Origin: Eledone cirrhosa
Taxonomy: Eukaryota
Assembly: GCA_964016885.1 (NCBI GenBank)
Contig: OZ024740.1
Location: 115,878,001-115,942,000, forward strand
DNA length: 64,000 nt
Reading direction: 5' to 3'
Positions 13,356 through 26,199 of the stretch are shown here, in pieces (positions within the stretch are counted from its first letter, which is position 1; every line of letters starts with the position of its first letter). The translations under genes were made by a program, and so were the position numbers. The notes below the pieces were generated by a model, which saw nothing but the letters and a program-made list of their open reading frames with translations, was not told the origin of the DNA and searched no databases.

Positions 13356-13563
13356 TTAATATAGAAAAACTTCCACATGACTAGAACTGTTTCATTAGTG
13401 AGAAATCATCAGGAAGCTTCCTGATGATTTCTCGCGAATGAAACAGTTCTAGTCCTGTAGAAGCCATTTCTACATTTCTATATTAAATATTTATACTCTG
13501 CTATGTATTGAGTACCTTACTTACTGTGGTTACCCCCCCCTCCCAGATTGAACCCGGGATAAA

Positions 13564-13566
<3 letters not shown>
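13356..13566 (+). mobile_element. hammerhead-bearing foldback mini-element in (TA)n (family B); related pieces at 13885-14028, ~16140-16180 (-) and ~19230-19272
   Basis: inverted copy 13356-13418 of the following sequence, then a tail ending gattgaacccgggataaact. Confidence 0.75.
13416..13464 (+). ncRNA. type I hammerhead ribozyme
   Basis: gcttc-CTGATGA-tttctcgcgaat-GAAA-cag ttctagtc ctg-TA-gaagc. Confidence 0.75.
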
Positions 13567-13870
<304 letters not shown>

Positions 13871-14256
13871 TGAGTATATTATGGTTGTTTACCGAGCTTC
13901 CTAATGATTTCGCATGAATGAAACAGTTCTAGTCCTGTAGATGCTTTTCTATATTAAACATTTATACACTGCTATGTATTGAGTACCTTACTTACTGTGG
14001 TTACCTCCGATTGAACCCGGATTAACTTATATATATACAAATAAAATACAGAGTTATTAACTCATATTGATACCCTGTAATTAACAAGCTCAAAGTATAA
14101 ATACTGAGCATTATATAATAATATATGTAGAAATAAACACAGAGAATTCTGTGTCTAAAATTACGAGGGTAGATATACCACAAATGTTTTATATATTAAA
14201 ACCGAATCATACAGTGAGATATATAATTTATACAGACCGTATCAATAACTATTTTA

Positions 14257-14344
14257 TCTTTCGGACAGATGAGAGATTTAATCTGTTTCGCCCTGAAAAT
14301 TGTGTTTGTAACAGATAACTCGTAGGCTTTTCGTCAGCGAAAGA
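14257..14344 (-). ncRNA. type I hammerhead ribozyme (left arm)
   Basis: minus strand: tctttcg-CTGACGA-[helix II]-GAAA-cagat..atctg-TC-cgaaaga. Confidence 0.8.
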
Positions 14345-14552
14345 TTAGACCAAATGAAACAAAACACATCCAACAAGAACTCACAGGCGTAAAATACACC
14401 TCGTCTGTTGTAAGTTATACGTGGTGTGAGTGGTTGTGTTAGAAAAGGCTATTATTTCTAGCACAACCACTCACACCACGTATAGCTTACAACACACGAG
14501 GTGTATTTTACGCCTGTGAGTTCTTAGATGTGTTTTGTTTCATTTGGTCTAA

Positions 14553-14640
14553 TCTCTCGCTGACGAAAAGCCTACGGATTATCTGTTACAAACACAATTT
14601 TCAGGGCGAAACAGATTAAATCTCTAATCAGTCCGAGAGA
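14553..14640 (+). ncRNA. type I hammerhead ribozyme (right arm)
   Basis: tctctcg-CTGACGA-[helix II]-GAAA-cagatta..taatcag-TC-cgagaga. Confidence 0.75.
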
Positions 14641-14762
14641 TGAAATAGTTATTGATACGGTGTGTATAAATTATATATCTCACTGTATGATTCAGATTTA
14701 ATATATAAAACATTTGTGGTATAATCTACCCTCGTAATTTTAGACACAGAATTCTCTGTGTT

Positions 14763-14874
<112 letters not shown>

Positions 14875-16329
14875 AAAAACTATATATCATTTCGTTTCGG
14901 ATGTGTATGAGATACCCTCGGGGTTATTTTTTAATAATCATCGTAAACTATCATCTATTGGTTTCCAGCAACGTGACCCTATCGGAGCCTTTTCATCATG
15001 GCCTTTGGCGACATTGTAAAAGAAGTCTCGTCAGAATTGAACATCTGGTATTTAGACAATACGTCTATAGGATAGGATGTTGATATTTTCTGAATCAAGC
15101 CGTCAAGGTTTCCAATTCCCTGCGGGTTACAGGCTCCAATATGAAGGATACGTGATGCAAATTAATAATGTTTAACATGTTCACAGAGATATAATGTTAC
15201 GTGAAAGTGCCATGGTTTAGTGGTTAAGGTGTTGGACTCACGTAGTAAGATCGTGAGTTCTACTCTCAGATAGGGTACAGTATATTTTGTCATTGAGTAA
15301 GACACTTTATTTCACATTGCTCACATTTGGCAAAAAATGATCTGCGACGAGACTGGTACCATGCTCTGTCTTGTGGATTCGGAAGACTTGTATAGAGTGT
15401 CTAAAAAGAGAAAAAAAAGAAAAGAAAATGGTCCCCGCATACGTTTTGTAAAACTGTATTCATTTTGTAACTGATCAACCTTGAATATGAGCGACTGTTG
15501 GTCTTTCACAAAACACCCATGCCAGGCTTGAGTCATGTAGAAGCTAACCCATGGATTGTCAGTCATGGGTGCAATGTCCGAAAGTCACACCTTTCTCTTT
15601 CACGAAACGGCCCAATATAAAGGTCGCAAGGCGCGAATTATTAAGGTTCAACTGTTGACTTTCCGAAAGAGATATGTTACAACCATTTCGATAGAAATTT
15701 CTGACAAGTCTCCACCCAGATTTTGTTGATAGTCACTTTTATTCAACGACTCCACCTCCAGATAATTTATGGCTCCCCCAGTAACTGATAAACAAGCAGA
15801 TTTAGAGCGTCTGACAGTACCAGCTACTGCTTTTCTATTCCACATTTAATGTGTAATGGACCTAAAGCAAAATAAAGTTAAATTCGACAATTGAAAGTGA
15901 CTTTAAAAGTATGCGAAATGTACGTAGTTTAATGTGTGTGTACACACACATACACACACATACACATATATATATATCATATACACACACATACACATAT
16001 ATATATATATATCATATATCCATACATACACACGCACACACACATATATATATATTCATACATACATGCAAACACACGTGTGCCCCCTCCCCCTCCCCCA
16101 CACACATATATATTAGTAAAGTGTAAGCATAAATATGTAATATAGAAATGGCTTCTACAAGACTTCGTATGAAATCATCAACAATTCCAAGTGGTATAGA
16201 AAGTGGTTGGTATTTATAGGTTTCCTAGTGGTTGGGGATGGTTGTTAGGGGCTCTATTTTAAGGAGCAGGTATCTAGTAGTGGATATGGATTCATCTATG
16301 TCAAGTTTGGCAAACATGATTCCATATTA

Positions 16330-16722
16330 AATAATTGTTTCTACTTTTGGCACAAGGCCACAAATTATCCCAGTGCATTACTGGTGCTTTATTTTATCGA
16401 CTCCGTAAGAATGAAAGTCAAAGTCAACCACGGCGGGATTTGAACACAGAACGTAAAGAGCCATAACTCTATACTGCAAAGCATATAGCCTGACGCTCTA
16501 CCGATACTGCCAATCCACCAATTCCATATTAAATAATTGTTTCTACTTTAGGTACAAGGCCAGCAATTACTCAGTGCATTACTGGTACTTTATTTTATCG
16601 ACCCCGTAAGGATGAAAGGCAAAGTCAACCTCGGCGGGATTTGAACTCAGATCGTAAAGAGACGTAACTATGCTGGAAAGCATGGTGTCTGACCCTCTAC
16701 CGATACTGCCAATTCCATATTA
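16330..16722 (-). mobile_element. two tandem copies of an abundant tRNA-derived SINE with a Deu/Nin-type core. Further copies at ~19500-19640, 25340-25920 (x3), 26210-26315, 27297-27477, 29745-29935, 32980-33165, 43870-44020, 56472-56710, 63098-63515 (x2)
   Basis: repeated motif gagttcaaatcccgccgaggttaactttgcctttcatccttacggggtcgataaaataaagcaccag with B-box-like GAGTTCAAATC. Confidence 0.85.
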
Positions 16723-16948
16723 AATAATGGTGCTTACACTCTACTAACATATCGACTACGTTTTTTTAACTGTGTTTACCCCCCCCCCCCCAGTTTTACT
16801 CGGGATATACATACCAAAACGTGCCTCCTTATAACCATTGCTACGCAATCATGTTGACCAAACGCGACATAAATACATTCCTATCCACTACTAGATATCT
16901 GCTCCTCAAAATAGGGCCTCCCACTACCAACCCCAACCATACACACAC

Positions 16949-17007
<59 letters not shown>

Positions 17008-17049
17008 CGTGTGTATCTGTATGTATATATTTATCAATTTCTCACTCTC

Positions 17050-18055
17050 ATTTCTCTCTTTATATATATCAAGAGTGTACTGCGCAAGTTCCTTGAATGG
17101 ACGAGCTCCTCAGTTTTTGCAGCACTGATTTTCCTTCTCGCTATGCGGCATCTGGCATCAAACCTATCAAGTGCAAGTCGAAGATCATCTTCTGTCGAGT
17201 TAACATGCCGTCGTCTGCAAATTACACCCACCAGTCGTGGTACCAATTCCAACCCAGCAGCTCATGTCAATGCTGTTCATAAAAATAATGAACAGGAAAG
17301 GTGCCAGTACGCACCCTTGGTGGAGTTCGACTAGACACTTTGAATGGTTTCGATTTAGCACTATTTATCCAAACACATATACTTGGGAATTTGTATAGAG
17401 ACATTAGGGCACCAAGAAGTTGACCATCGATCCCATGCTCCTGCAGGACCTTCCACAGCAGGTCCCGAGGGACACAGTCTTTTCGAGGTCTATAAAACAA
17501 GAATATACCTCTTGGCAATACTTCTACAGTGTGAATATTTGGTCGGCTGTACTGCATCAGTTACTGTGCATCAGTTAGCTTGGACTCGACAATCTCCCTG
17601 CATCTCTTTGCCAGACAGTTAGCATAGACTTTACCGGGGACATCCCTCTGTAATTGGAACAATCACTCTTGTTTCCCTTTTTGAAATTTGGGATTATCAC
17701 TCCCTATTGCCATTGCATAGGTGCCTTTCCAGAGATCCAGGCCACCCGGCACACACGAGCCAGCCAGAGAATACGTTCTCTATTTTAGGCTTTTAAAATC
17801 TAGACCCAGATCTTATCTTCCAGGCGGCCTTGCCACATTTGAGCTTTTTAACTGCTCTTGTGACCTCAGCCTCTGAGAGATTAGTCACCGTTCCCAGATG
17901 CACCGCGAGTACATCAGAAGATACTGTTGTGATCGGGTTTAGGAGATCAGTACAGTATACTCTCCACCTTACGAGGATGCACCTCTAAGAAGAGAGGAGA
18001 AACTCAGACGCATTCCTGATAGCATGTATGGAGGAGGACTTTTATTACGGTGACC
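17050..18055 (-). mobile_element. RTE-clade LINE RT fragment
   Basis: DCVPRDLLWKVLQEHGIDGQLLGALMSLY..CVWINSAKSKPFKV resembles the RTE RT segment following KAYDRV. Confidence 0.8.
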
Positions 18056-18142
18056 TACTAAATAAAATACGTATAGTTTCGTCGGTGTTTGTTTTCTAAT
18101 TTCTGTCTACAAGCAGACACAAACACACAACACAGACAACTT

Positions 18143-18179
<37 letters not shown>

Positions 18180-18182
18180 TAT

Positions 18183-18362
18183 GAAAAAAGTCAGGCATCC
18201 GATGGCAGAGCTCCGGCTGTTCGACAGCTAGATGCGAACTGTCGAAACGGCCGGAGCTCTGCCGTCGGGGTCCTGTCTCTTTTCCTATTACCCACTCTAC
18301 TACGCTAAGTATCGAGTACTCTGGTGCGTTATGGTCCACCTGGTATCTCACCACACTTTCTT

Positions 18363-18364
<2 letters not shown>
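18183..18364 (+). mobile_element. foldback mini-element family F carrying only the 3' half of a hammerhead (related: 35696-35898, 48227-48275, 51513-51561, 54490-54681, 54905-54997)
   Basis: GAAA-cggc..gagctc..gccg-TC-ggggtc, and shared tail cctattacccactctactac..gagtactctggtgcgttatggtcca. Confidence 0.75.
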
Positions 18365-18414
<50 letters not shown>

Positions 18415-18423
<9 letters not shown>

Positions 18424-18988
18424 CGTAAAATAAGAAAATTATAAAATTAACTTACTTACTAAAAAATCACTTCCAACTAATTAGTTTCTGGAATGGAGTA
18501 AATATATTTTCCGAAGAAACATATAGAAAATCATTCCGTCATCAGGAAAGTCTTTTTCCGTGTAAGTCTCCAGGCATAGCGAGGACTCTGGAAACTTATT
18601 AAAAAAATAATTCAGTGGAAAGGAAATAGCGAAGCGTGGACTGGATTCCTAGCCATTGAAAAAAAAAAAAAAAAAAAAAAATCACTGCCTCTACGTCTGT
18701 GGCAAATTCAAAAAGAATCAATCACGTGACATCGAGGTCAATCAATGGAAAGCGAGTGGTTAATAAGACAGCGGCCAGCCTACTACCATAGTAGCAGTCA
18801 TGGCCAAATATTGCTCGACAAATGAATTGGAGATAATATATATACACATAGATGCATATCAATGCTAGCAAATATATAGGTTTTGTCTTATTAACATTGT
18901 GGTTCAATGCATGGAGTTGCAGAACAATAATATGAGAGACGTAAAATAAGAAAATTATAAAATTAACTTACTTACTAAAAAATCACTT
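18415..18988 (-). mobile_element. retrozyme-like element: 516-nt period with 58-nt direct repeats (18415-18472, 18931-18988) in (TA)n
   Basis: exact direct repeat; hammerhead adjacent to the repeat. Confidence 0.75.
18470..18550 (-). ncRNA. minimal type I hammerhead ribozyme
   Basis: minus strand: ctttc-CTGATGA-cggaatg..cattcca-GAAA-ctaattag-TT-ggaag. Confidence 0.82.
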
Positions 18989-19272
18989 ATATATATATAT
19001 AACAAGACTTATATAACAAATCACTTATATATATAACAAATCACTTATATATATATATATATAACAAGACTTTCGTTGCCATGTCTGTGTCAAAAAAATT
19101 GATTCCATTGAAGAAGACCTAATAGAGCCTTTGTAACGAGGTCATGAGAATTGGGGCGTGAGCTGAGGGTGTTACACACACACACATATATATATATATA
19201 TAAATATATATATGTATGTAAAAGGTAAACGAGTACCTTACTTACTATGGTTACCCCCGATAGAACCCGCGA

Positions 19273-19405
<133 letters not shown>

Positions 19406-20119
19406 GGACACACACATATATATATACATATATAAATATTATATTATATCCCTCTGGAGTCGGGAGAAACACTGTGTGATATTTTCAGGCTCTTTACTTT
19501 CTGTGTTTAAATCCCACCGAGGTCAATTTGCCTTTCGTCTTTCTGAGCTCGATAAAATGAAGTACTAGTTTAACACTGGGGTCGATTTAACTATTCCCCA
19601 TTTCCACAAATTATTCGCTTTGTGCCTATATCGGAAACCATTGTATTATTATAACAGCGAGCCCGCGTCACCAAAATTGACTGTGATTTACATATATATT
19701 AAAAGTTATTCCTGTGTATGACTTATGAAAAAGAATGGGTGTAAAAGTCGACGAAGTTTAACCCGTTAGCACTTACAATACTCTTTATATACTATTGTAT
19801 TTTCACGATAAAGGCTTTATCTCACATAATATCGAATTAATTAAATCATTTTGAAGACCTTGCTCTATCATTTTAAAGTAGTGACTATGTCACTTACTTC
19901 TTTTTTCGGCAAAGGAAGGGAGAGAAGCTGACAGATTCTATTTCACACTGTTGGTATTCCTCAGAGCAACGTACTCGCTGACCTCTGCCGAAAATTATAG
20001 AGGCTGGATTCTTATAGAATTCCAGTAATAATCAGGAACTGATTATACAGAACGATTGCCGGTCCAGCAAAAATTAAAAATTAGGATTGGTGCTCTGATA
20101 TATATATATATAGATATAT

Positions 20120-20300
20120 ATAAAAACCACAGACCCTCCATCTCAACTCTACTTTTAAAAAGCAGAAGAACTGCGAAACCGGTAAAGGGACCAAATAAAT
20201 ATATATATATATTTAAAATAAATAAGATTCCAGTTGCATTTGCGATTTTATCTTTTTTCCTTATACTTTCACTCGCGTAAGACACCTCGGTTATTTTTCA
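20120..20300 (+). mobile_element. (TA)n-embedded mini-element family E with degenerate hammerhead (second copy 51125-51280)
   Basis: TTRAAAA-gcag aagaa ctgc-GAAA-ccgg-TA-aagg; helix I cctt/aagg intact in the 51 kb copy. Confidence 0.65.
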
Positions 20301-20320
20301 TTTTGTAAAAAAAACCTCAC

Positions 20321-20362
<42 letters not shown>

Positions 20363-20538
20363 TATATATTATATATATATATATAAGAAAGAAATAGGAT
20401 TTCGCTTCAAGCATAGCTTTATACAATATGTATAAATATTTCGTATCTCCAAAGAAATACAGTTTTAGGAAGCCGTAGCTATACAAACACCGGGGCGTTA
20501 ACGACCTCTGGTGATGTCCAGCAGAAGCAAGGGGGACA

Positions 20539-20582
20539 ACCGTCTATGCATTTCAGGCTTAACTGGCCTTCGTCAGGACGGT
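20539..20582 (-). ncRNA. minimal type I hammerhead ribozyme (left arm)
   Basis: exact reverse complement of 20763-20806. Confidence 0.88.
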
Positions 20583-20762
20583 CCCTCCCACCACTTGCGA
20601 CTGCTGGACTAGAAGACAGCTGAGAATATATACTTTTCTCGTCTGTGTAAATGAGTTGATTAATCTCATTTGCATATGCAGCTACATAAGTTGGCTCAAC
20701 ATATAATAAAAGTATATATTCTCAGCTGTCTTCTCGTCCAGCAGTCGCAAGCGGTGGGAGGG

Positions 20763-20806
20763 ACCGTCCTGACGAAGGCCAGTTAAGCCTGAAATGCATA
20801 GACGGT
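20763..20806 (+). ncRNA. minimal type I hammerhead ribozyme (right arm)
   Basis: accgtc-CTGACGA-aggc cagttaa gcct-GAAA-tgca-TA-gacggt; canonical core and perfect helices I and II. Confidence 0.9.
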
Positions 20807-20914
20807 TGTCCCCCTTGCTTCTGCTGGACATCACCAGAGGGTATTAGCCCCCCCCCCGGTGTTTGCATAGCTACGGCTTCCTAAAATGTATTTCTTTGGA
20901 GATACAAAATATTT

Positions 20915-20994
<80 letters not shown>

Positions 20995-21329
20995 TGGTGT
21001 GTACGCATTTTGCACGAGTACATAAAGTATATCGATGTTCATAACGCATACTACATACGACTCTGTAGAATATACAATACACCAATAAATGTCAGTATCT
21101 AAGTATATGTTCACTGAACTATTTATAAAGTAGATGTAATTTTTATTTCATTACAATCACTACTTATATCAACAGTGGTCACTGCCTCTAATAAATCAAT
21201 GACGAAATGTAGGCGATACATCTTCCCCTATCACTCAGGCACGTTGTTTTAGTAATAATAACAAACAGACAAAATTAGTTCTCAGATTTCCTGTTTACAG
21301 CGTCGGCGCTACTATTAAGGCCGCAAGGT

Positions 21330-21620
21330 CGCATGGCTTAGTGGTTAGGGTGTTTGGCTCACAATCTTAAAGTCGTGGTTCGATTCCCAGCAGCGCATTC
21401 TTGAGCAAATCACTTTATTTCATATTACTCCAGACCACTGAGATGACTAAAATGAATTGTACCTGTAACTCAAAAGAACAGCTTTGTTACACGAAAATCA
21501 TGTTAAGGGTACTCACATCGGTGGATTGTTCAGCCACTTGCACCTTAGTTTCACGAGCAGGCTGTTACGTTGATGGAATCAACTGGAACACTCGTCGTTG
21601 GAACCAATGGAGCTCCCCCC
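21330..21620 (+). mobile_element. second tRNA-derived SINE family (other copies ~15210-15370, 32480-32700, 33350-33650 (-), 42300-42605, 45060-45170, 56955-57290, 57820-57950 (-))
   Basis: A-box tggcttagtgg, B-box ggttcgattcc, shared 3' part ttcacgagcaggctgttccgttgat..actggaacactcgtcgt. Confidence 0.8.
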
Positions 21621-22322
21621 TCACAACAACAACCATTAAGGCTAACTAGACAGTCGCATATGACACAGAGCTTAACAGATCACAGTTTTAAACATATTTG
21701 TATAATTAAATCAAATATATAATAATTCCGTGATCAATAAATAAACCGCTAAACATCTTTACCATGTAGCAGTGTTGTAGAAATATCCAAAGTAGTGTAA
21801 AGGATGGTATGATTTTCTTTTGCCTGTCACGTGGGGAGTATAGACTGTATAGGGGAAAATACAGGATTAGTAATTTTCTTAGTTTAGTAGATCTATATCA
21901 TCAGTAGCAATAACATAGCGTGGTCGAGAGTGGAAATGTATACCATCCCATATACTATATGTTTATCTATATACTACTAAAACTCTGTGATTGTTTGCTT
22001 GCTTGTCTGTAATGTAATACAGCCAAAAGGGCGCATAATGGGGAAATACTTTGAAAAGAAATTGACCCTGAAGTGGGAATACAAATGGAATAAAACACGT
22101 TTCGAGTAAATCGAAGCACGTGTTCCCGAGATATGGGGTTTGATTGAAAGAGAAACATAGAGAGAGAGAGAGGGAGAGGGGACAAAGAAGGAGAATGGAA
22201 GAGAGAGAGAGAGAGAGAGCTGGTGATGTTGTGTATGTGTGTGTGTGTGTGTGTATATATATGTGTGTGTCTATGACCAGTGTATATAGATCACAGACAC
22301 CCACATATATATATATACACAC

Positions 22323-22424
<102 letters not shown>

Positions 22425-24512
22425 TTTATATATATATGGGCCTTCCAGTTTCATTTCACATTATATACATGTATGTGTATATTTTAATTATTTAAAAATT
22501 ATTTTTAACTGAACATGATTTTAAAAAAATATTTTGAAGTGAACGTGACCCCACGTGTCACAGGTGGTCTAGTGTGTAATAAACATACACAAGTCTCACT
22601 GTGAGTGTTTTAAGCTGTGATCATATTACGGTTACCTCAGAATCCGTGTTGGTCTATATAGAGAGTATTAAAGAAGAGCGGGTATATTGTCCTTTACATG
22701 TTGGTCTATATGGAGAGTGCTGAAAAGGGGTGGGTATTGTAGTCTGGGACGAAAACCTTCAGTTGAGGTCGGTTGATATTAAAAGTGTTGGAGGAGGGTG
22801 GGTATTTTTTCCGTAAACGAAAATCTTCAGTTGTGTCCCAATAACATAATGAGACATGGAACATTACATATGAAATGTAATATTTCATTAATTGTTTGTC
22901 ATCTTATATTTTCGTAATCTTTTTTCCTTATAGTTCCTCTCCTATTTCTTATTACCCACTTATTTCATATATAGCTCGACATGGAAGTTTGAAAATTCAT
23001 CTTTTCCCTCCACCACGAATCACCATCACCACGCTCTACCATATCAAGTTACACCCTCTGGGTCTACTTAGATTTATAAAAACCTGCTCCTGTTCAAATA
23101 CGATATTTATTATTATTTTCATATTCTTTTCTTTAATGTCTTTCCTACGCCACGAAAATATTTCCCTTTATTGCAAAGATTCTTGTAATTTTTGTCAGCA
23201 TGTATATTATTATAACACAATTTCGTGAAATGTTTGTTGAAAATATATAATTCTATTCAACTTCTATTCAACTAGCGCATTTGGCACGCAATGGAAAATT
23301 GAGTTCGTCGTTGAAAATACACCGTATTAAACGCCAGGTTCCACTGTTTCTTGATAATGATGACGACCGTCTGCCGTTAGTGAGACCAACGTCAAACAAG
23401 CCTTTTAAGTTTCATTCGGAGGCAAATATTGACTTTCATATCAGATCGACCAATTTCACTCAAGATGAAGTTCCAGTAGATATCAGCATTGATAATACTC
23501 ATTCGAAAACACACGTGCAAAGATAGAAAATGTTTAGGAAATTGTGTTCAACATCTTTTATAGTAAAATGATAAAATAAAGATATATTTTCTTTAATAGA
23601 TCTAATTTCCTTGTTTTTTTTTCCTCTATCTTTTATCTGGTGCTTCTCTAGCGTGCGGTCTACCGTAGTATCAATAGTCGACACTGTGTAATGACCTTAC
23701 CCATCACCAGATTTGGGTTAAGGTTAGTTTTAATTTTTGTAGTTGAGGTAGACTAAATACTGAAATATAAATGACTAAGTAAACCACACGCTAAAGTGAA
23801 TATTTTATCTTTTACTAGTTTCAGTCATCAGAAATTGAACTGACGACCATAGGATCGTGGTCTTAACACTCAATCCACTAATCCACACGTCCTCACGACT
23901 TTGATAATAGAGAAATCTAACCAGAAAACAAAAACAACAAAACTAAAACATCCGACAATTTGATGAACACTTAACAATATTTTCACTGTTTTGGTAGTGA
24001 TTATACAACTACTTTCTCGGAACATTGAAACTTTTCCTTTATTTCTTAGCTGTCTTTCCAATTTTCTCCTCATTTTTCTTCCTACATTTTCACCCAAACT
24101 ACGTCAACATTTTTTTTATAAATTGTACTTTCTCTTACCATTTATTTTACAGGATCTAGATGGATTAATTATAAAACAACAAGTTTGTCCCATTTTTTGC
24201 TAAATTGTACCTTATTACCTCCTACTTATATTCTTTCATATCTTAGGTTTAACCCATTGCCCTTTCAACGTTTCCCAAATTATCTTCATAGTTTTTTTTT
24301 CATCCGCAAGCATTTACAGATGTTTTTTTCTGGCTTTAATCATTTTAAATATTCTAGTCTTCAGAGTTTTCTTGACGGAAACAAATATTTCTTGTTATTA
24401 TTTAAAGTATTTTTAGAGTAGATTTTATCTGTTTTTATTATTATTCTGTCCCCGGCTCTTTCCATTCTGAGTTCAAATCTCGCCGAGGTCAACTTTGCCT
24501 TTCATCCTTACG

Positions 24513-24545
24513 GATGATCCACCGGGCTTGGAACTGACTTAGACG

Positions 24546-24577
<32 letters not shown>

Positions 24578-24610
24578 CGTCTAAGTCAGTTCCAAGCCCG
24601 GTGGATCATC
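24513..24610. repeat. perfect palindrome centred on a (TA)n tract
   Basis: gatgatccaccgggcttggaactgacttagacgtt-(AT)n-aacgtctaagtcagttccaagcccggtggatcatc. Confidence 0.95.
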
Positions 24611-24826
24611 AGGCCGGAGCTTACCCCGGTTACATTGGCGTTGAATCACCGAGAACATACAACTTCTAGGAATTGACACCAGTCCATTGCAAGGTTAACT
24701 TCCAGCCACTGCTGCTGGTACTCTTTTTCAGTATTTTGGTGGAGTATACAACGAGTCACCTGATGCAGAAAATGAATTTGCGATATTAAGATCGTAAACT
24801 CAACACCTTAACCAATAGGCTGCGCG

Positions 24827-24832
<6 letters not shown>
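24576..24832 (-). mobile_element. tRNA-derived SINE (third family)
   Basis: tRNA-like head gcgcagcctattggttaagg on the minus strand; gcaatggactgg..accggggtaagctccggcctgatg 3' part. Confidence 0.6.
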
Positions 24833-24893
<61 letters not shown>

Positions 24894-24899
24894 TCCTTT

Positions 24900-25330
24900 T
24901 TTCACCCACTTATTCCTGAGAAGGTCATGAGGGCAGAGTCCTCAAGCATTCCTTCCAAAGGGTGTTTGCAGAAGCAACCGTCTCCAATTGATTTGGCTGG
25001 ATCCACCAGTGTGACCAGCCGAGCTCATGGATGTTATCCAACCAAATTGCACGAGGTCTACCCCAGGATCTCCTGTCGGTTCGTTTTCTCCGTAAAACCT
25101 GTCCAGCGATTCTTTCCTGAGATATTCTAGCCACAAGTCCGTAATATCGGAGCTGTGGTCTCTCAATTCAGAAAAGTAGCAGCTATACCTGGAGCAATTC
25201 TCTGATCTTCGAGCTACGCACTTTATCGGGTAATGTTACTCCAAATATCCCTCGGAAGAATCCCATTTCGGCTACTTGCATTCACGATCGTATTCTTTGG
25301 TCATTACCCAATAATCATGACTATTGGTAA
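24900..25330 (-). mobile_element. RTE-clade LINE 3' end
   Basis: ARISQERIAGQVL..RSWGRPRAIWLDNI resembles the RTE C-terminal GRP..W motif. Confidence 0.75.
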
Positions 25331-26047
25331 TGAGTATATGAGTGATACTTTATTTTATTGACCTCGGAAGTATGAAAAGCAAAATTGACCTCGGCTTCAT
25401 TTGAACGTAAAGTGTTGGAACTAATACCTTAAGGAATTTTTTACCATGCTCTAACTGTTTTGTCAATCCACCGCCTTAAATAATAGTTTGTAATCTAGAC
25501 AAAAGTCCAGCAATCCCTTTCTAGTGGGAATGAATTAAATCAACTCCAGTACGTGACTGATACTTATTTCATTGAAACCAGAAAGATGAAAAGCGAAGTC
25601 GATCTCGGCGAGATTTGAACTTGAAACATAAAGAGCTGGATCAAGTAACGTAAGGCGTTTTTTTTTTACAACTTTCTAACGACACTGCAAATTCACTCGT
25701 AATAATTGTTTCTGCTATTAGCACAAGGCCAGTAATTTGAAGGGAAAGTGGAAATTGATTAAATCGACTCCAATGCGTTACTAGTACTTTATTTTATCAA
25801 CCTCGTAAGGATGAAAGGGAAAGCTAGCCACGACGGGATTTAAATTCAAAACGTAAAGTGATGTAGCTTTATATCACAAAGCAGGTTGTCCGACGCTCCA
25901 CCGATACTGCCAATCCACCGTCCTGACACTGTCAATATTAACAATAATAATGTTTGTGGGGGGTCTTTTTGAATGGCTAGAATGGCTCTTTTACGGTATA
26001 ATTGCTTTAGGTTCAGCAGACAGTCACAAATCAAGTCACTTGTCAGA

Positions 26048-26199
26048 CGATGACGACGACGACAACAATAACAACAACAACAACAGCAGCAGCAACAACA
26101 ATAACAACAACAACGACGACGACAACGACAACAATAACAACAGCAGCAACAGCAGCAATAACAACAACAACGACGACAACAACAACAACAACAACAACG
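26048..26199. repeat. (CAA/CAG/CGA)n trinucleotide repeat
   Basis: direct inspection. Confidence 0.95.

Larger units (their letters stand above)
20385..20922 (-). mobile_element. foldback mini-element: ~210 bp arms (20426-20637, 20708-20922), ~70 nt spacer, tail 20385-20425
   Basis: inverted repeat flanked by (TA)n. Confidence 0.82.

Noticed and set aside
23400-24420. Possible very old Penelope-like coding remnant on the minus strand
   Set aside because: Only vague similarity (ETLKGNG, GENVGRK); no diagnostic motif recoverable.
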